In this document: positions 17,224-26,018 of the stretch, piece by piece
Layout: each line of letters begins with the position of its first letter
Position numbering within the stretch: position 1 is the first letter of the stretch
From: a virus
Taxonomy: Duplodnaviria > Caudoviricetes
Length of the DNA stretch: 64,000 bases
Strand: one strand, 5' to 3'
Virus record (IMG/VR): IMGVR_UViG_2738541225_000002
Coordinates: 1-64,000 of that record
The notes under the pieces: generated by a model
Told to the model about the DNA's origin: nothing
What the model saw: only the letters and a program-made list of their open reading frames with translations
The model's database searches: none
Program-made: the position numbers and the translations under genes

Positions 17224-17456
17224 TGACCACGAAAAAAGTATCACCAGCGGATTACAAACGCATTTTTGAGGAGATGCCAGGCGGCGCCGAGGTGCTGGAC
17301 GAAATCACCCGCCGTTTTGGGCGTGAGGCTTACGTGAAAGGCGGCACTGAGGGTGACCGCGAAACCTGTTACCGGGCCGGGCAGCGTTCCGTGCTCGATT
17401 TCATTCTGATGCAAATCAACCGTGCTGATGGAGTAAACGACGATGTGGAAGATTAA
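17223..17456 (+). CDS. Bbp19-like protein
   Basis: Y..IF....G..VL......F...T.Y..GQRSV pattern after the portal. Confidence 0.7.
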   Translation: MTTKKVSPADYKRIFEEMPGGAEVLDEITRRFGREAYVKGGTEGDRETCYRAGQRSVLDFILMQINRADGVNDDVED

Positions 17457-18291
17457 ACACCTATTCATGAACGCCGAGCAGGGCGCCGAAGCGCCAGCAG
17501 GCAGCACAGGGGGCAACGATGGTGGCAATGGCGGTGGTGCTGAAAATCCGGGCGCTGGTAATCCTGCTGGTACTTCACTGCTTAGCACCGGCAGCGGCGA
17601 ACCGGGCGCGGATGACTGGATACCTGAGAAATACCGCGTTGTGGGCGAGGACGGAAAGCTCAACGTTGAGGGCTCGGCCCGCAAACTGGCGGATGCTTAC
17701 ACGCACCTTGAAAAGCGCATGGGCAGCGGCGACGCGCCGCCGAAAACGGCTGATGATTATGCACCTGAGGTGAAAGCCGAGGGCTTTAACTGGGACGAGT
17801 TCAAGGCCGATCCCCGCATGCAATCGTTCATGAAGTCAGCGCACTCCAAAGGCATCACCAACGACCAGATGAGCTTCATCATCAGCGAATACGCGCAGAT
17901 TGCGCCGGAGCTGGTTAACGGTGCTGCAGCGCTGGATTCAGAGGCGGCTACTACGCAGCTGCGCGAGACGTGGAAAACTGATGCCGAATTTAAAAAGAAT
18001 ATCGGCCTGGCCTTCCGTGCGTTTAACACCCTGGCGGATGACGGCGACAAAGGGCGCATGGACGAAATCGGCAACAACCCGTTGGTGATCCGCATGCTGG
18101 CAAAAATCGGCGCGGAGATGCAGGAGGATTCGCCGATTGGTGGTGAGGGTAATCCTGAAGAGCAGCAGACAATTCGCGACCTGATGAAGTCCCCGGCGTA
18201 CATGGATTCAAAACACGCAGACCACGAACGCGTTTCTGCACAGGTCAAAGCGTACTACCAGAAGCGTTACGGCGATCAAACAGTAGCTTAG
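17443..18291 (+). CDS. Capsid scaffolding protein
   Basis: Low-complexity N-terminus, acidic and helical; precedes the capsid gene. Confidence 0.7.
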   Translation: MWKIKHLFMNAEQGAEAPAGSTGGNDGGNGGGAENPGAGNPAGTSLLSTGSGEPGADDWIPEKYRVVGEDGKLNVEGSARKLADAYTHLEKRMGSGDAPPKTADDYAPEVKAEGFNWDEFKADPRMQSFMKSAHSKGITNDQMSFIISEYAQIAPELVNGAAALDSEAATTQLRETWKTDAEFKKNIGLAFRAFNTLADDGDKGRMDEIGNNPLVIRMLAKIGAEMQEDSPIGGEGNPEEQQTIRDLMKSPAYMDSKHADHERVSAQVKAYYQKRYGDQTVA

Positions 18292-18296
18292 TATTC

Positions 18297-18319
18297 AGGC
18301 CTCCTTCGCTGGAGGCCTT
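18297..18319. terminator. Hairpin terminator between convergent genes
   Basis: AGGCCTCC-TTCGCT-GGAGGCCT. Confidence 0.6.
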
Positions 18320-18324
18320 ATATT

Positions 18325-18618
18325 TTATTTACGTAAAAAATCGCATTGATAATTACTTGGAAATTCTTTTTGCAAAACAACCATTACTTGCCCGTTACTT
18401 CCTCTAACTGGTGGGATTGTTTCAGAAATTAACCAGCCATCTTTCCACAATGCTTCGAGAGCCGTGCCGGCATAAGGTGATTTTGCTCGGTTAATGTCCC
18501 CTGCACTTAATGTAGATGTACCGTCCATTATGACAAAGGAAATTACCCTTTGGCAGATAGTTGCGTGTGCATTTAAAGCAAAACAATAAGTTAATAAAAA
18601 AAAGATTATTTTTCTCAC
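18325..18618 (-). CDS. Antisense AT-rich moron, secreted protein
   Basis: GTG start with GAGG RBS; MRKIIFFLLTYCFALNAHA signal peptide; 97 aa. Confidence 0.7.
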   Translation of the reverse strand: MRKIIFFLLTYCFALNAHATICQRVISFVIMDGTSTLSAGDINRAKSPYAGTALEALWKDGWLISETIPPVRGSNGQVMVVLQKEFPSNYQCDFLRK

Positions 18619-18673
18619 AGTAACCTCGAAGAAAAACAGTTGTGCCGTATTAAGAGTAGCAGCTGTTTTATTT

Positions 18674-18707
18674 GGTCGGGATTCCGACCGCATACCTCGA
18701 TAACAAT
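18674..18707 (+). promoter_or_regulatory. Late-promoter box 2
   Basis: GGTCGG-GATT-CCGACC, 12 nt, AACAAT. Confidence 0.75.
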
Positions 18708-18789
18708 CTCCCCACAACCAGCCCGGCGGGGACGCCGGATACCTGATTTTCCCGCAATGCGTCAGCGCCAACCGCATTGTGCAGATTTG

Positions 18790-18823
18790 GGCCGGGAAAC
18801 CGACACCCCGCAGGCGATACTTT
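18790..18823 (+). promoter_or_regulatory. Late-promoter box 3 (degenerate)
   Basis: GGCCGG-GAAA-CCGACA, 12 nt, TACTTT. Confidence 0.5.
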
Positions 18824-18838
18824 TCTGGAGTGAATGTT

Positions 18839-19744
18839 ATGGCATTTGATGCAAACAAGAACATGATCACCGCTGCGTTTGTCACGCAGTTTCATGATTC
18901 TTTCGAAATCGCCGCGCAGCAGAAGGATTCCCGCCTGCAGGCTGCGGTAAGCGATCGCGGTCGTATCACCGGCGCATCGTTCACCATCAACGATATGGGC
19001 ACCATCGAGATGACCCAGATCACCGAACGTTTCGGCGATACCGTCTGGGATTTACCAGAAGCGGGCACCCGTAACGCGCTGATGGCGGACTATGCCGTAT
19101 TTGTGCCGGTTGAAAAGCGCGACCTGCGCAAGCTGATCGCCGACCCGCAAGGCCCGTACCTGCAGCTCACCCTGGCAGCGGCCAACCGCAAAAAGGACGA
19201 TGTGATCTACCGCGCGCTGCTGGATACCGTACTGCGTAAGACGTCGAACGCTGGCGCCTACGCACCGGTTGCTCTGCCCGCTGCACAGAAAATCGTTGCA
19301 GGCGGTACCGGCATGACCAAAGCCAAACTGATTGCGGCTAAGGCCATGTTCCGCCGTAACGAGTGCGACGAGCAGAACGGCGAAGAACTGTTCATGACGT
19401 ACAACGCCGACATGCTGACGCAGATCCTCAGCGATACCACGCTGACCAGCGCCGACTTTATGGCGGTGAAAATGCTGCAGGAAGGCGCGGTAAACGGTAA
19501 CTGGCTGGGCTTTAAATGGCTGGCCTACGAGAAACTGGATTCGGTCACCGCCGAAAGCGTCACCACCAAAACCGCAGCAGCCTGGTGTAAATCCGCAGTG
19601 CATTTCGGTACCGGCGAAGAATACAACGTCGATATCGGCCCGCGCCGCGATAAGAACAACACCATCCAGATTTCCGTTGATGCGTCCTATGGTGCTGGCC
19701 GTGCCAACGAGAAGAAAGTCGTTGCCATCGATTTTGTAGCTTAA
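18839..19744 (+). CDS. Major capsid protein
   Basis: ITAAFVTQF...LTSADF...G.WLGFKW; GGAG RBS; biased codon use; followed by a terminator. Confidence 0.88.
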   Translation: MAFDANKNMITAAFVTQFHDSFEIAAQQKDSRLQAAVSDRGRITGASFTINDMGTIEMTQITERFGDTVWDLPEAGTRNALMADYAVFVPVEKRDLRKLIADPQGPYLQLTLAAANRKKDDVIYRALLDTVLRKTSNAGAYAPVALPAAQKIVAGGTGMTKAKLIAAKAMFRRNECDEQNGEELFMTYNADMLTQILSDTTLTSADFMAVKMLQEGAVNGNWLGFKWLAYEKLDSVTAESVTTKTAAAWCKSAVHFGTGEEYNVDIGPRRDKNNTIQISVDASYGAGRANEKKVVAIDFVA

Positions 19745-19760
19745 AGCCGCTGGTGCCTTT

Positions 19761-19785
19761 GCCGGGGTCGCCCCCGGCCTTTTTT
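19761..19785 (+). terminator. Terminator after the capsid gene
   Basis: GCCGGGG-TCGC-CCCCGGC-CTTTTTT. Confidence 0.75.
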
Positions 19786-19801
19786 CATCTGAGGTTAGGC
19801 T

Positions 19802-20365
19802 ATGGCTTCCAGTGTATCCATCTGCTCAAACGCATTGCTGGCGCTTGGCGCCAACCCGATTAACAGCTTCGATGAGGCCAGCGAAAACGCACGGCTTTGC
19901 TCGAACCTTTACCCCACCGTCCGTGACGACCTGCTGCGTAAACACCCGTGGAACTGCGCGGTAAAGCGCGTTGTGCTTTCCCCCGAAACGACCGCACCGG
20001 CTTTCGGCTTCCGCTATCGTTTCCCGCTCCCTGGTGATGTGATCCGCATTTTATCCGTTGGCAACGAGTACGACGACGTGCGCTACCGCATCGAAAACGG
20101 TCGCGTGATGGCAAATGAGAACGTCGTTTACCTGCGCTACATCTTCCGCAACGAAGACGAATCCTCCTGGGACGCTGCGCTCGTCAATCTGGCTGAGGCG
20201 TTTATGACGGCGAAGCTAGCCTATGCGGTCACCGGCTCCGCCAGCCTGCGCGATAGCCTTACACAAGAGGCAGCGTTTTTGCTGCGCCAGGCGAAAGCGA
20301 TCGACGGGCAGGAAGATCCGCCGGAAGAGCTGGGCGGCTATCCAACCTACGAATCGAGGTTCTGA
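19802..20365 (+). CDS. Tail adaptor (tubular protein A-like)
   Basis: ICSNALLALG...HPWN...LP.D pattern. Confidence 0.8.
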   Translation: MASSVSICSNALLALGANPINSFDEASENARLCSNLYPTVRDDLLRKHPWNCAVKRVVLSPETTAPAFGFRYRFPLPGDVIRILSVGNEYDDVRYRIENGRVMANENVVYLRYIFRNEDESSWDAALVNLAEAFMTAKLAYAVTGSASLRDSLTQEAAFLLRQAKAIDGQEDPPEELGGYPTYESRF

Positions 20366-20366
20366 T

Positions 20367-22355
20367 ATGCGCGCCAACCTGATAAAAACGAATTTTACCG
20401 CGGGCGAAATTTCCCCGCGCCTGATGGGGCGTGTCGATATCGAGCGCTACGCAAACGGCGCAAAAATTATCGAAAATGGCCTGTGCGTGGTGCAGGGTGG
20501 GGTTATGCGCCGCCCGGGTACGCGTTATGCCGCAGCCGCCAAATATGGCGACCGCACCGCCCGGCTTATCCCCTACGTGTTCAACCGCTCGCAGGCGTAC
20601 GTCCTCGAGTTCGGCGACGGCTACGTGCGTTTCTACCAGAACAGGCAGCAGCTGGTTAACGGCGACAACACCCCGTACGAAATCGCCAGCCCGTACAGCG
20701 TCGGCATGCTGCCAGAAGTGAACTACGTCCAGGGCGCCGATACGATGTTTCTCGTACACCAGAGCGTGCCGCCGCAGCGACTTCAGCGCCGCGGGCAACT
20801 CGACTGGGTGCTTGAGCCTGCGCCGTTCATCGTCGAGCCGTTCGACGAAATCCGAGACACGCCGGATAAATGGTGCAAGCCTTCCGTTAAAGAGTTTGTA
20901 GGCTCCGAAATTACCCTGACGCTCAGCGACGAAGAACCGCCGACAGACGACGACGGCGATTTTACCGGTGCGGGATGGGTTGCTGAAGACGTGGGCTCAT
21001 ACGTCCGCATTAACAGCGGACTGGTGCTGATTAAGAGCATCACCAGTGCGCAGGTTGCCGTCGGCACAATCCGCACGGACCTGAGCGCCACGCAGGCCGC
21101 GTCGCCGGGAGCGTGGACACGCGAGGATACTGTCTGGACTGCTGAGTTTGGTTACCCCGGCGCAGTGACGCTTTACCAGCAGCGGCTGGTGCTGGCCGGG
21201 TCGGTGAAATATCCGCAAACGATCTGGTTCAGCGAAACAGGCCTGTATCTTTCCTTTGAGCTGGGAACCAACGACGACGACGCGATCAGCTTTACGCTTT
21301 CCTCTGACCAGCTCAACCCGATTGTGCACCTGGCGCAGATGAATACGCTTATTGCGCTGACGTACGGCGGCGAGTTCACTATCACCGCCGGCAGCGACGC
21401 GGCGATCACCCCGACCAATATTTCGGTGAAAAACCCCAGCCCGTACGGCTGCAACAGTATCCGCCCCGTGCGCGTCGGTACCGAAATCCTGTTCGTGCAG
21501 CGCGCCGGCCGAAAACTCTACGCAGTGGCGTACGACCCCGACAGCTACGTCGCGTATTCGGCCAACGATTTGACCGTACTGGCCGAGCACATCACCACCG
21601 GCGGCGTGCTGGATATGGCCTATCAGCAGCAGTCCGATTCCGTTATCTGGATGGTGCGTGCCGATGGTGTGCTAATCACCATGGGGATCGACCGCTCGCA
21701 GAACGTTGTCGCCTGGTCACGCCAGCTCACTAACGGGGCGTTTGAGTCTGTTGCGAGTATTCCGTCCGATACCGACGATGTGGTGTATGCGCTGGTGCGC
21801 CGAACGGTGAACGGGCAAATCGTGCGTTACGTCGAGGTATTCGACAGCGTGCTGCACACCGATGCGGCGGTTACCGGCTGGAGCGAACCGGGCGCTGCTG
21901 TGTGGTCTGGATTCTCGCATCTCGAGGGGCAGACGGTCGATGTACTGGCCGACGGTTCAGTGATGCCGCAGCAGGTCGTTACCGGCGGCCAGGTCACGCT
22001 TAAGCGCAACGCGCATCTTATCGAAGTCGGCCTGCATTACGACACCACGATCGAGACCCTAACACCTGAGGTTTCCACCACCGAAGGCACCACGCAGAAC
22101 GCGCGCAAGCGCACCAGTGAAGTAACCCTGCGGTTTATGGACACCACCGGCGCGGAGTGCAACGGTCAGGTGATCCCGTTCCGCACGTTCGGCCCCAAAA
22201 TCCTCAACCAGCCGGCACCGCTTTTCACGGGCGATCACAGTATCGGGAAACTGGGGTGGGATCGTGGCGAGGATACTCTGACCATCCAACAGCGGCAGCC
22301 GCTGCCGTTCCACCTGCTCGCAATAATTATCACGTTTACCAGCAACGGGGGCTAA
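20367..22355 (+). CDS. Tail nozzle (tubular protein B-like)
   Basis: NFTAGEISP...RRPGT; YQQRLVLAG; beta-rich. Confidence 0.8.
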   Translation: MRANLIKTNFTAGEISPRLMGRVDIERYANGAKIIENGLCVVQGGVMRRPGTRYAAAAKYGDRTARLIPYVFNRSQAYVLEFGDGYVRFYQNRQQLVNGDNTPYEIASPYSVGMLPEVNYVQGADTMFLVHQSVPPQRLQRRGQLDWVLEPAPFIVEPFDEIRDTPDKWCKPSVKEFVGSEITLTLSDEEPPTDDDGDFTGAGWVAEDVGSYVRINSGLVLIKSITSAQVAVGTIRTDLSATQAASPGAWTREDTVWTAEFGYPGAVTLYQQRLVLAGSVKYPQTIWFSETGLYLSFELGTNDDDAISFTLSSDQLNPIVHLAQMNTLIALTYGGEFTITAGSDAAITPTNISVKNPSPYGCNSIRPVRVGTEILFVQRAGRKLYAVAYDPDSYVAYSANDLTVLAEHITTGGVLDMAYQQQSDSVIWMVRADGVLITMGIDRSQNVVAWSRQLTNGAFESVASIPSDTDDVVYALVRRTVNGQIVRYVEVFDSVLHTDAAVTGWSEPGAAVWSGFSHLEGQTVDVLADGSVMPQQVVTGGQVTLKRNAHLIEVGLHYDTTIETLTPEVSTTEGTTQNARKRTSEVTLRFMDTTGAECNGQVIPFRTFGPKILNQPAPLFTGDHSIGKLGWDRGEDTLTIQQRQPLPFHLLAIIITFTSNGG

Positions 22356-22357
22356 TC

Positions 22358-22807
22358 ATGATCCGCAACGCGACAACCGGGGATATCCCGGCGCTCATCG
22401 AACTTGGAACCCGCATGTATCTGGAGTCCCGTTATTCGCAAAACTCGCCCTTCGACGCGGATAAATGCGCCGAGCTGGCGCACTCCGTGATTATGTCGCC
22501 CGCCGGCTGTGTGCTGGTTGCAGAGAAAGACGGCGAGGTAATCGGCTGGCTTGGCGGCGGGATTGCTGAACAGTTTTTTTCCCGCCAGCTGATGGCCTTT
22601 GAATATGGTCTGTTTGTGGCGCCTGAGCACCGCGGCGGCAGCGCCGGTCCGCGACTGGCCCGCGCGTTTATTGGCTGGGCGAAAGAGCATGGCGCCGTGG
22701 TCATCAACATGGGTATCACCACCGGCGTGCATGCAGAACGTACCGGCGAACTGTATTCCCGCCTCGGCCTGCAGCAGACAGGCCTGCTTTATTCGATGGA
22801 GGTTTAA
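22358..22807 (+). CDS. GNAT acetyltransferase-fold protein
   Basis: IRNATTGDIP...FVAPEHRGGSAG...LYSRLG. Confidence 0.8.
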   Translation: MIRNATTGDIPALIELGTRMYLESRYSQNSPFDADKCAELAHSVIMSPAGCVLVAEKDGEVIGWLGGGIAEQFFSRQLMAFEYGLFVAPEHRGGSAGPRLARAFIGWAKEHGAVVINMGITTGVHAERTGELYSRLGLQQTGLLYSMEV

Positions 22808-22809
22808 CG

Positions 22810-23307
22810 ATGTGTACTGGCGTAGAAATTGCCGCAATCGGTGCTTCCGTCCTCGCCGCTGGCGGGGCGGTGTACAGCGGCCAGCAGCAGAAAAAAATGT
22901 CCAACTATCAGGCCGCCCAGGCGGAAGCCGACGCCGAAGCATCGCAGAAAGCGGCCCGCGTGGAAGCCGACCGTATCCGCAAAGCTGGTGCACGGCAGGC
23001 GGCTGCAGCGAACGCAGCGATGGCTGCCTCCGGCGTCGAGACTGGCGAAGGTACCGCGCTGCGGATCACGTCTGGCATAACGGAGGATGCGGAGCAGGAC
23101 GCCTATCAGACCATCCTAAACGGTGTGAACTCCGCCAGCCGGTTGCAGGCGCAAGCGCAGGCGGACCGCATCACTGGGAGCAATGCCGCTACAGCGGGAA
23201 ATATAAGCGCCGGCAGCTCGTTATTGTCAGCTGGCGGAACTGCGTACGATGGCTGGAAAAAGGCTAAAACGGGCGGCTATGGATTGTACGCGGGGGCCAA
23301 AAAATGA
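22810..23307 (+). CDS. Internal virion (ejection) protein
   Basis: Ala/Gln-rich; AMAASGV motif; position. Confidence 0.7.
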   Translation: MCTGVEIAAIGASVLAAGGAVYSGQQQKKMSNYQAAQAEADAEASQKAARVEADRIRKAGARQAAAANAAMAASGVETGEGTALRITSGITEDAEQDAYQTILNGVNSASRLQAQAQADRITGSNAATAGNISAGSSLLSAGGTAYDGWKKAKTGGYGLYAGAKK

Positions 23308-26018
23308 GAATACCAACGGGTAATTTTGGCAATGTAACCCCGCAGGCACAGCAAACGCGTGTTTCTGTGGGGAATGTGGGTGCAGTTGGTAACGCCATTG
23401 CAGGCGTTGGCGCCGCGGTAGGACGGGTGGCTGATCAGGTTCAACGGGAGCAGGATAAAGCCGACGTGGCGGCCACACAGGCGATCCTTACCGACCTTGA
23501 ATCGAAATCTAACGACCGCTGGGAAAACCCGCAGACAGGGGTAACGGTGACGCGCCAGGGCTTTAAATCGTCAGGCGTGGTCACCGATATGGATAAGGCG
23601 GATTCTGCCGATTATGAGGAAGCCCGCAAACGTGTACCACCGAGCCAGATGGTTTATTTTGATGCGCAGTGGAAGGCCGGGCAGGTACGCCGGACCAGTA
23701 CCTATAGTGGTTTTGAACGCGCACAAACGGATGAGGCCCAGCGCCAGCAGCTCAACGCTACGGTAGCGACCTCAGTAGATCAGGAGGCCAGCGCCTACGA
23801 CGACCCAGACCAGGCCAATCTGATACGCAGCGCCCGTAAGCACTCAATCGAGCTTTACGGCCAGGCACGCGGCTGGGCACCTGAGCGGATCGAGGGTGCG
23901 ATAACCGAAGCCAATCAGAAGGCGATGGAGCAGCGCGCGCAGAACTACGCGGTAACGGACCCGGTTGGTTGGCTTAAGGGCGATTTTCCCCTAGTTAACA
24001 GCAACACCGGGGAGCTTGATATGCGTGCCGTTGGGATTGTTGAATCAGGTGGCAGACACCGTAATGCCGACGGAAGCCTGGTAACATCGTCCGCCGGTGC
24101 GCAGGGGCAGTTCCAGCTGATGCCTGACACAGGGAAAGAGCTGGCCGCCAAACGTGGCGTGGCGTACAACCCTGATGACCCCGAGCAGCATGCGCAGCTG
24201 GCGCGCGACTATGCCGGTCAGTTGAGTAAAAAATATCAGTCTGAAACCCTGTCCGGCGCGGCGTACAACTGGGGGATGGGTAACGTCGATAAGCTGATCG
24301 CAAAAGTCGGCGACCCGCGCAAAGGCGAAATCTCTATGGCCGATTTCGTTAAACAGCTCCCCAGTGAGACGCGCGGTTGGTTATCTCGCTATAACAAAAA
24401 CAAAACCGGCCTCGACCCGGTAGCGGTAAACAAAATAGACAATATCGCAGAGGCGCAGATCCGTGAGCAGCGTACGGCGCTGCGCCAGCAGGTAGACCCT
24501 ATCCTCAACAACACTATGGCGCAGTTGTACAACGGCGAGGTACCGGATGCGATGCCGAACGCGTCCACCATCCTGTTTGCCTATGGCGAACAGGGGCAGA
24601 AGGCGGTCAAGCAACTGGATATTGCCATCGACAATGCCAGAACCTTCCAGGCGATCCAGTACGTATCCCCGGCGGAGCAGCAGACCGAGCTGGCTAAAGT
24701 GAAGCCGCAGGCAAACGACCCTGATTATGCGTTGAAACTCGACGCGTACGGCAAACTCAGCGCGCTGGTACAGAAAAGTAACGCGAATATCCAGGCGCAG
24801 AGCGATGCACGCCGCTTTAATGACGCGCTGATCTCTGGTGAGAAACTAGACCCGAGCAATAAATCCATGCAGAAGGCAGCCGACAATACGCCATCGGCGC
24901 TTAATTTCCGTATTAACGATGCCACCACGCACGACGCTATCGTGCAGCAGGTTAGCCAGACCGGCATTATTCCGTCGCAGGTTTCTTCACAGCTGAATGC
25001 TATTTCCCGATCCAGCAGCCCTGATGTGGTGAAGCAGGGCTCTACCTTGTTTAACGCCATTTACGACACGGATCCCGCGTCGGTGGGGGACATGCCGAAG
25101 GATATGCAGAGTTTTTATCTAACGGTAAAACAGCTGACCGATGCGGGCATGGCGTCCGATGAGGCAGTGAAGCAGGCGCAGAACGTGACCTATAACCAGA
25201 CTGATGCCCTAAAAGCGCAACTAACCTCCACGCAAAGCACCAAAGAATATAAAAAAGAACGCAGCAGCGCTTTGGACTCGGCCGTCAGTAATATGTCGCC
25301 GTGGTACAGCTTCGGCGGGCCTGGTGCGGATGACCAGAATATTAACGCCGTCAATTTCCGCAATGACTACCAGTCACTTTACGATATCAATTATCGCAAT
25401 TCTGGTGGTAATGCTGATGTTGCCAAAAAGATGACCAATACCCAAATCGCTCGCACGTGGAGTCTCAGCGATGTAAACGGCAGCGCCCAGTTTATGAAAT
25501 ACGCACCTGAAGCGCTCTATAACTACGGGCCATCAGGTTGGCAGGCTTCGCAGTGGAAAGAGGAAAAAGAGCGCCTTTCCTATGGCGATCGCAGCGATGA
25601 AATATCGACCAGTCCGACCCAATTAGGGATCACCTCAGGTTCAGCACCCGTTATCACTTCTAATACCCCTGAATCCAGAATCGGTGGCGAGCTGGAAATT
25701 ACCCCTGATGTTTTAACCACGCACAATGGTGACTACGCCATTATGGTCCGCATGAAGGATAAAGAGGGTATCGAGAGCGTACAGCCGTATTACGATAAAT
25801 TCGGTCGGCCTATGCGCTGGAAACCGTCGTTAGAAGAGTGGGAGCCTTACAAAAAAATGCAGCAGGAGAGGGCACAGCAAGAGGAAGCCGAGATCTCCCG
25901 CGGTAAAGATATTCGCGGGTTTAAGGCAAAACATCGCGCGCTCGATGAGCAGTACCAACGTTTGCATGATGAACGAGTGGATCGCTTTAAAAACTATTTC
26001 TCGTGGAGCAATGAATAA
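23304..26018 (+). CDS. Ejection protein with lytic transglycosylase (SLT) domain
   Basis: VESGG, GAQGQFQLMP and AAYNWG SLT motifs. Confidence 0.85.
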   Translation: MRIPTGNFGNVTPQAQQTRVSVGNVGAVGNAIAGVGAAVGRVADQVQREQDKADVAATQAILTDLESKSNDRWENPQTGVTVTRQGFKSSGVVTDMDKADSADYEEARKRVPPSQMVYFDAQWKAGQVRRTSTYSGFERAQTDEAQRQQLNATVATSVDQEASAYDDPDQANLIRSARKHSIELYGQARGWAPERIEGAITEANQKAMEQRAQNYAVTDPVGWLKGDFPLVNSNTGELDMRAVGIVESGGRHRNADGSLVTSSAGAQGQFQLMPDTGKELAAKRGVAYNPDDPEQHAQLARDYAGQLSKKYQSETLSGAAYNWGMGNVDKLIAKVGDPRKGEISMADFVKQLPSETRGWLSRYNKNKTGLDPVAVNKIDNIAEAQIREQRTALRQQVDPILNNTMAQLYNGEVPDAMPNASTILFAYGEQGQKAVKQLDIAIDNARTFQAIQYVSPAEQQTELAKVKPQANDPDYALKLDAYGKLSALVQKSNANIQAQSDARRFNDALISGEKLDPSNKSMQKAADNTPSALNFRINDATTHDAIVQQVSQTGIIPSQVSSQLNAISRSSSPDVVKQGSTLFNAIYDTDPASVGDMPKDMQSFYLTVKQLTDAGMASDEAVKQAQNVTYNQTDALKAQLTSTQSTKEYKKERSSALDSAVSNMSPWYSFGGPGADDQNINAVNFRNDYQSLYDINYRNSGGNADVAKKMTNTQIARTWSLSDVNGSAQFMKYAPEALYNYGPSGWQASQWKEEKERLSYGDRSDEISTSPTQLGITSGSAPVITSNTPESRIGGELEITPDVLTTHNGDYAIMVRMKDKEGIESVQPYYDKFGRPMRWKPSLEEWEPYKKMQQERAQQEEAEISRGKDIRGFKAKHRALDEQYQRLHDERVDRFKNYFSWSNE

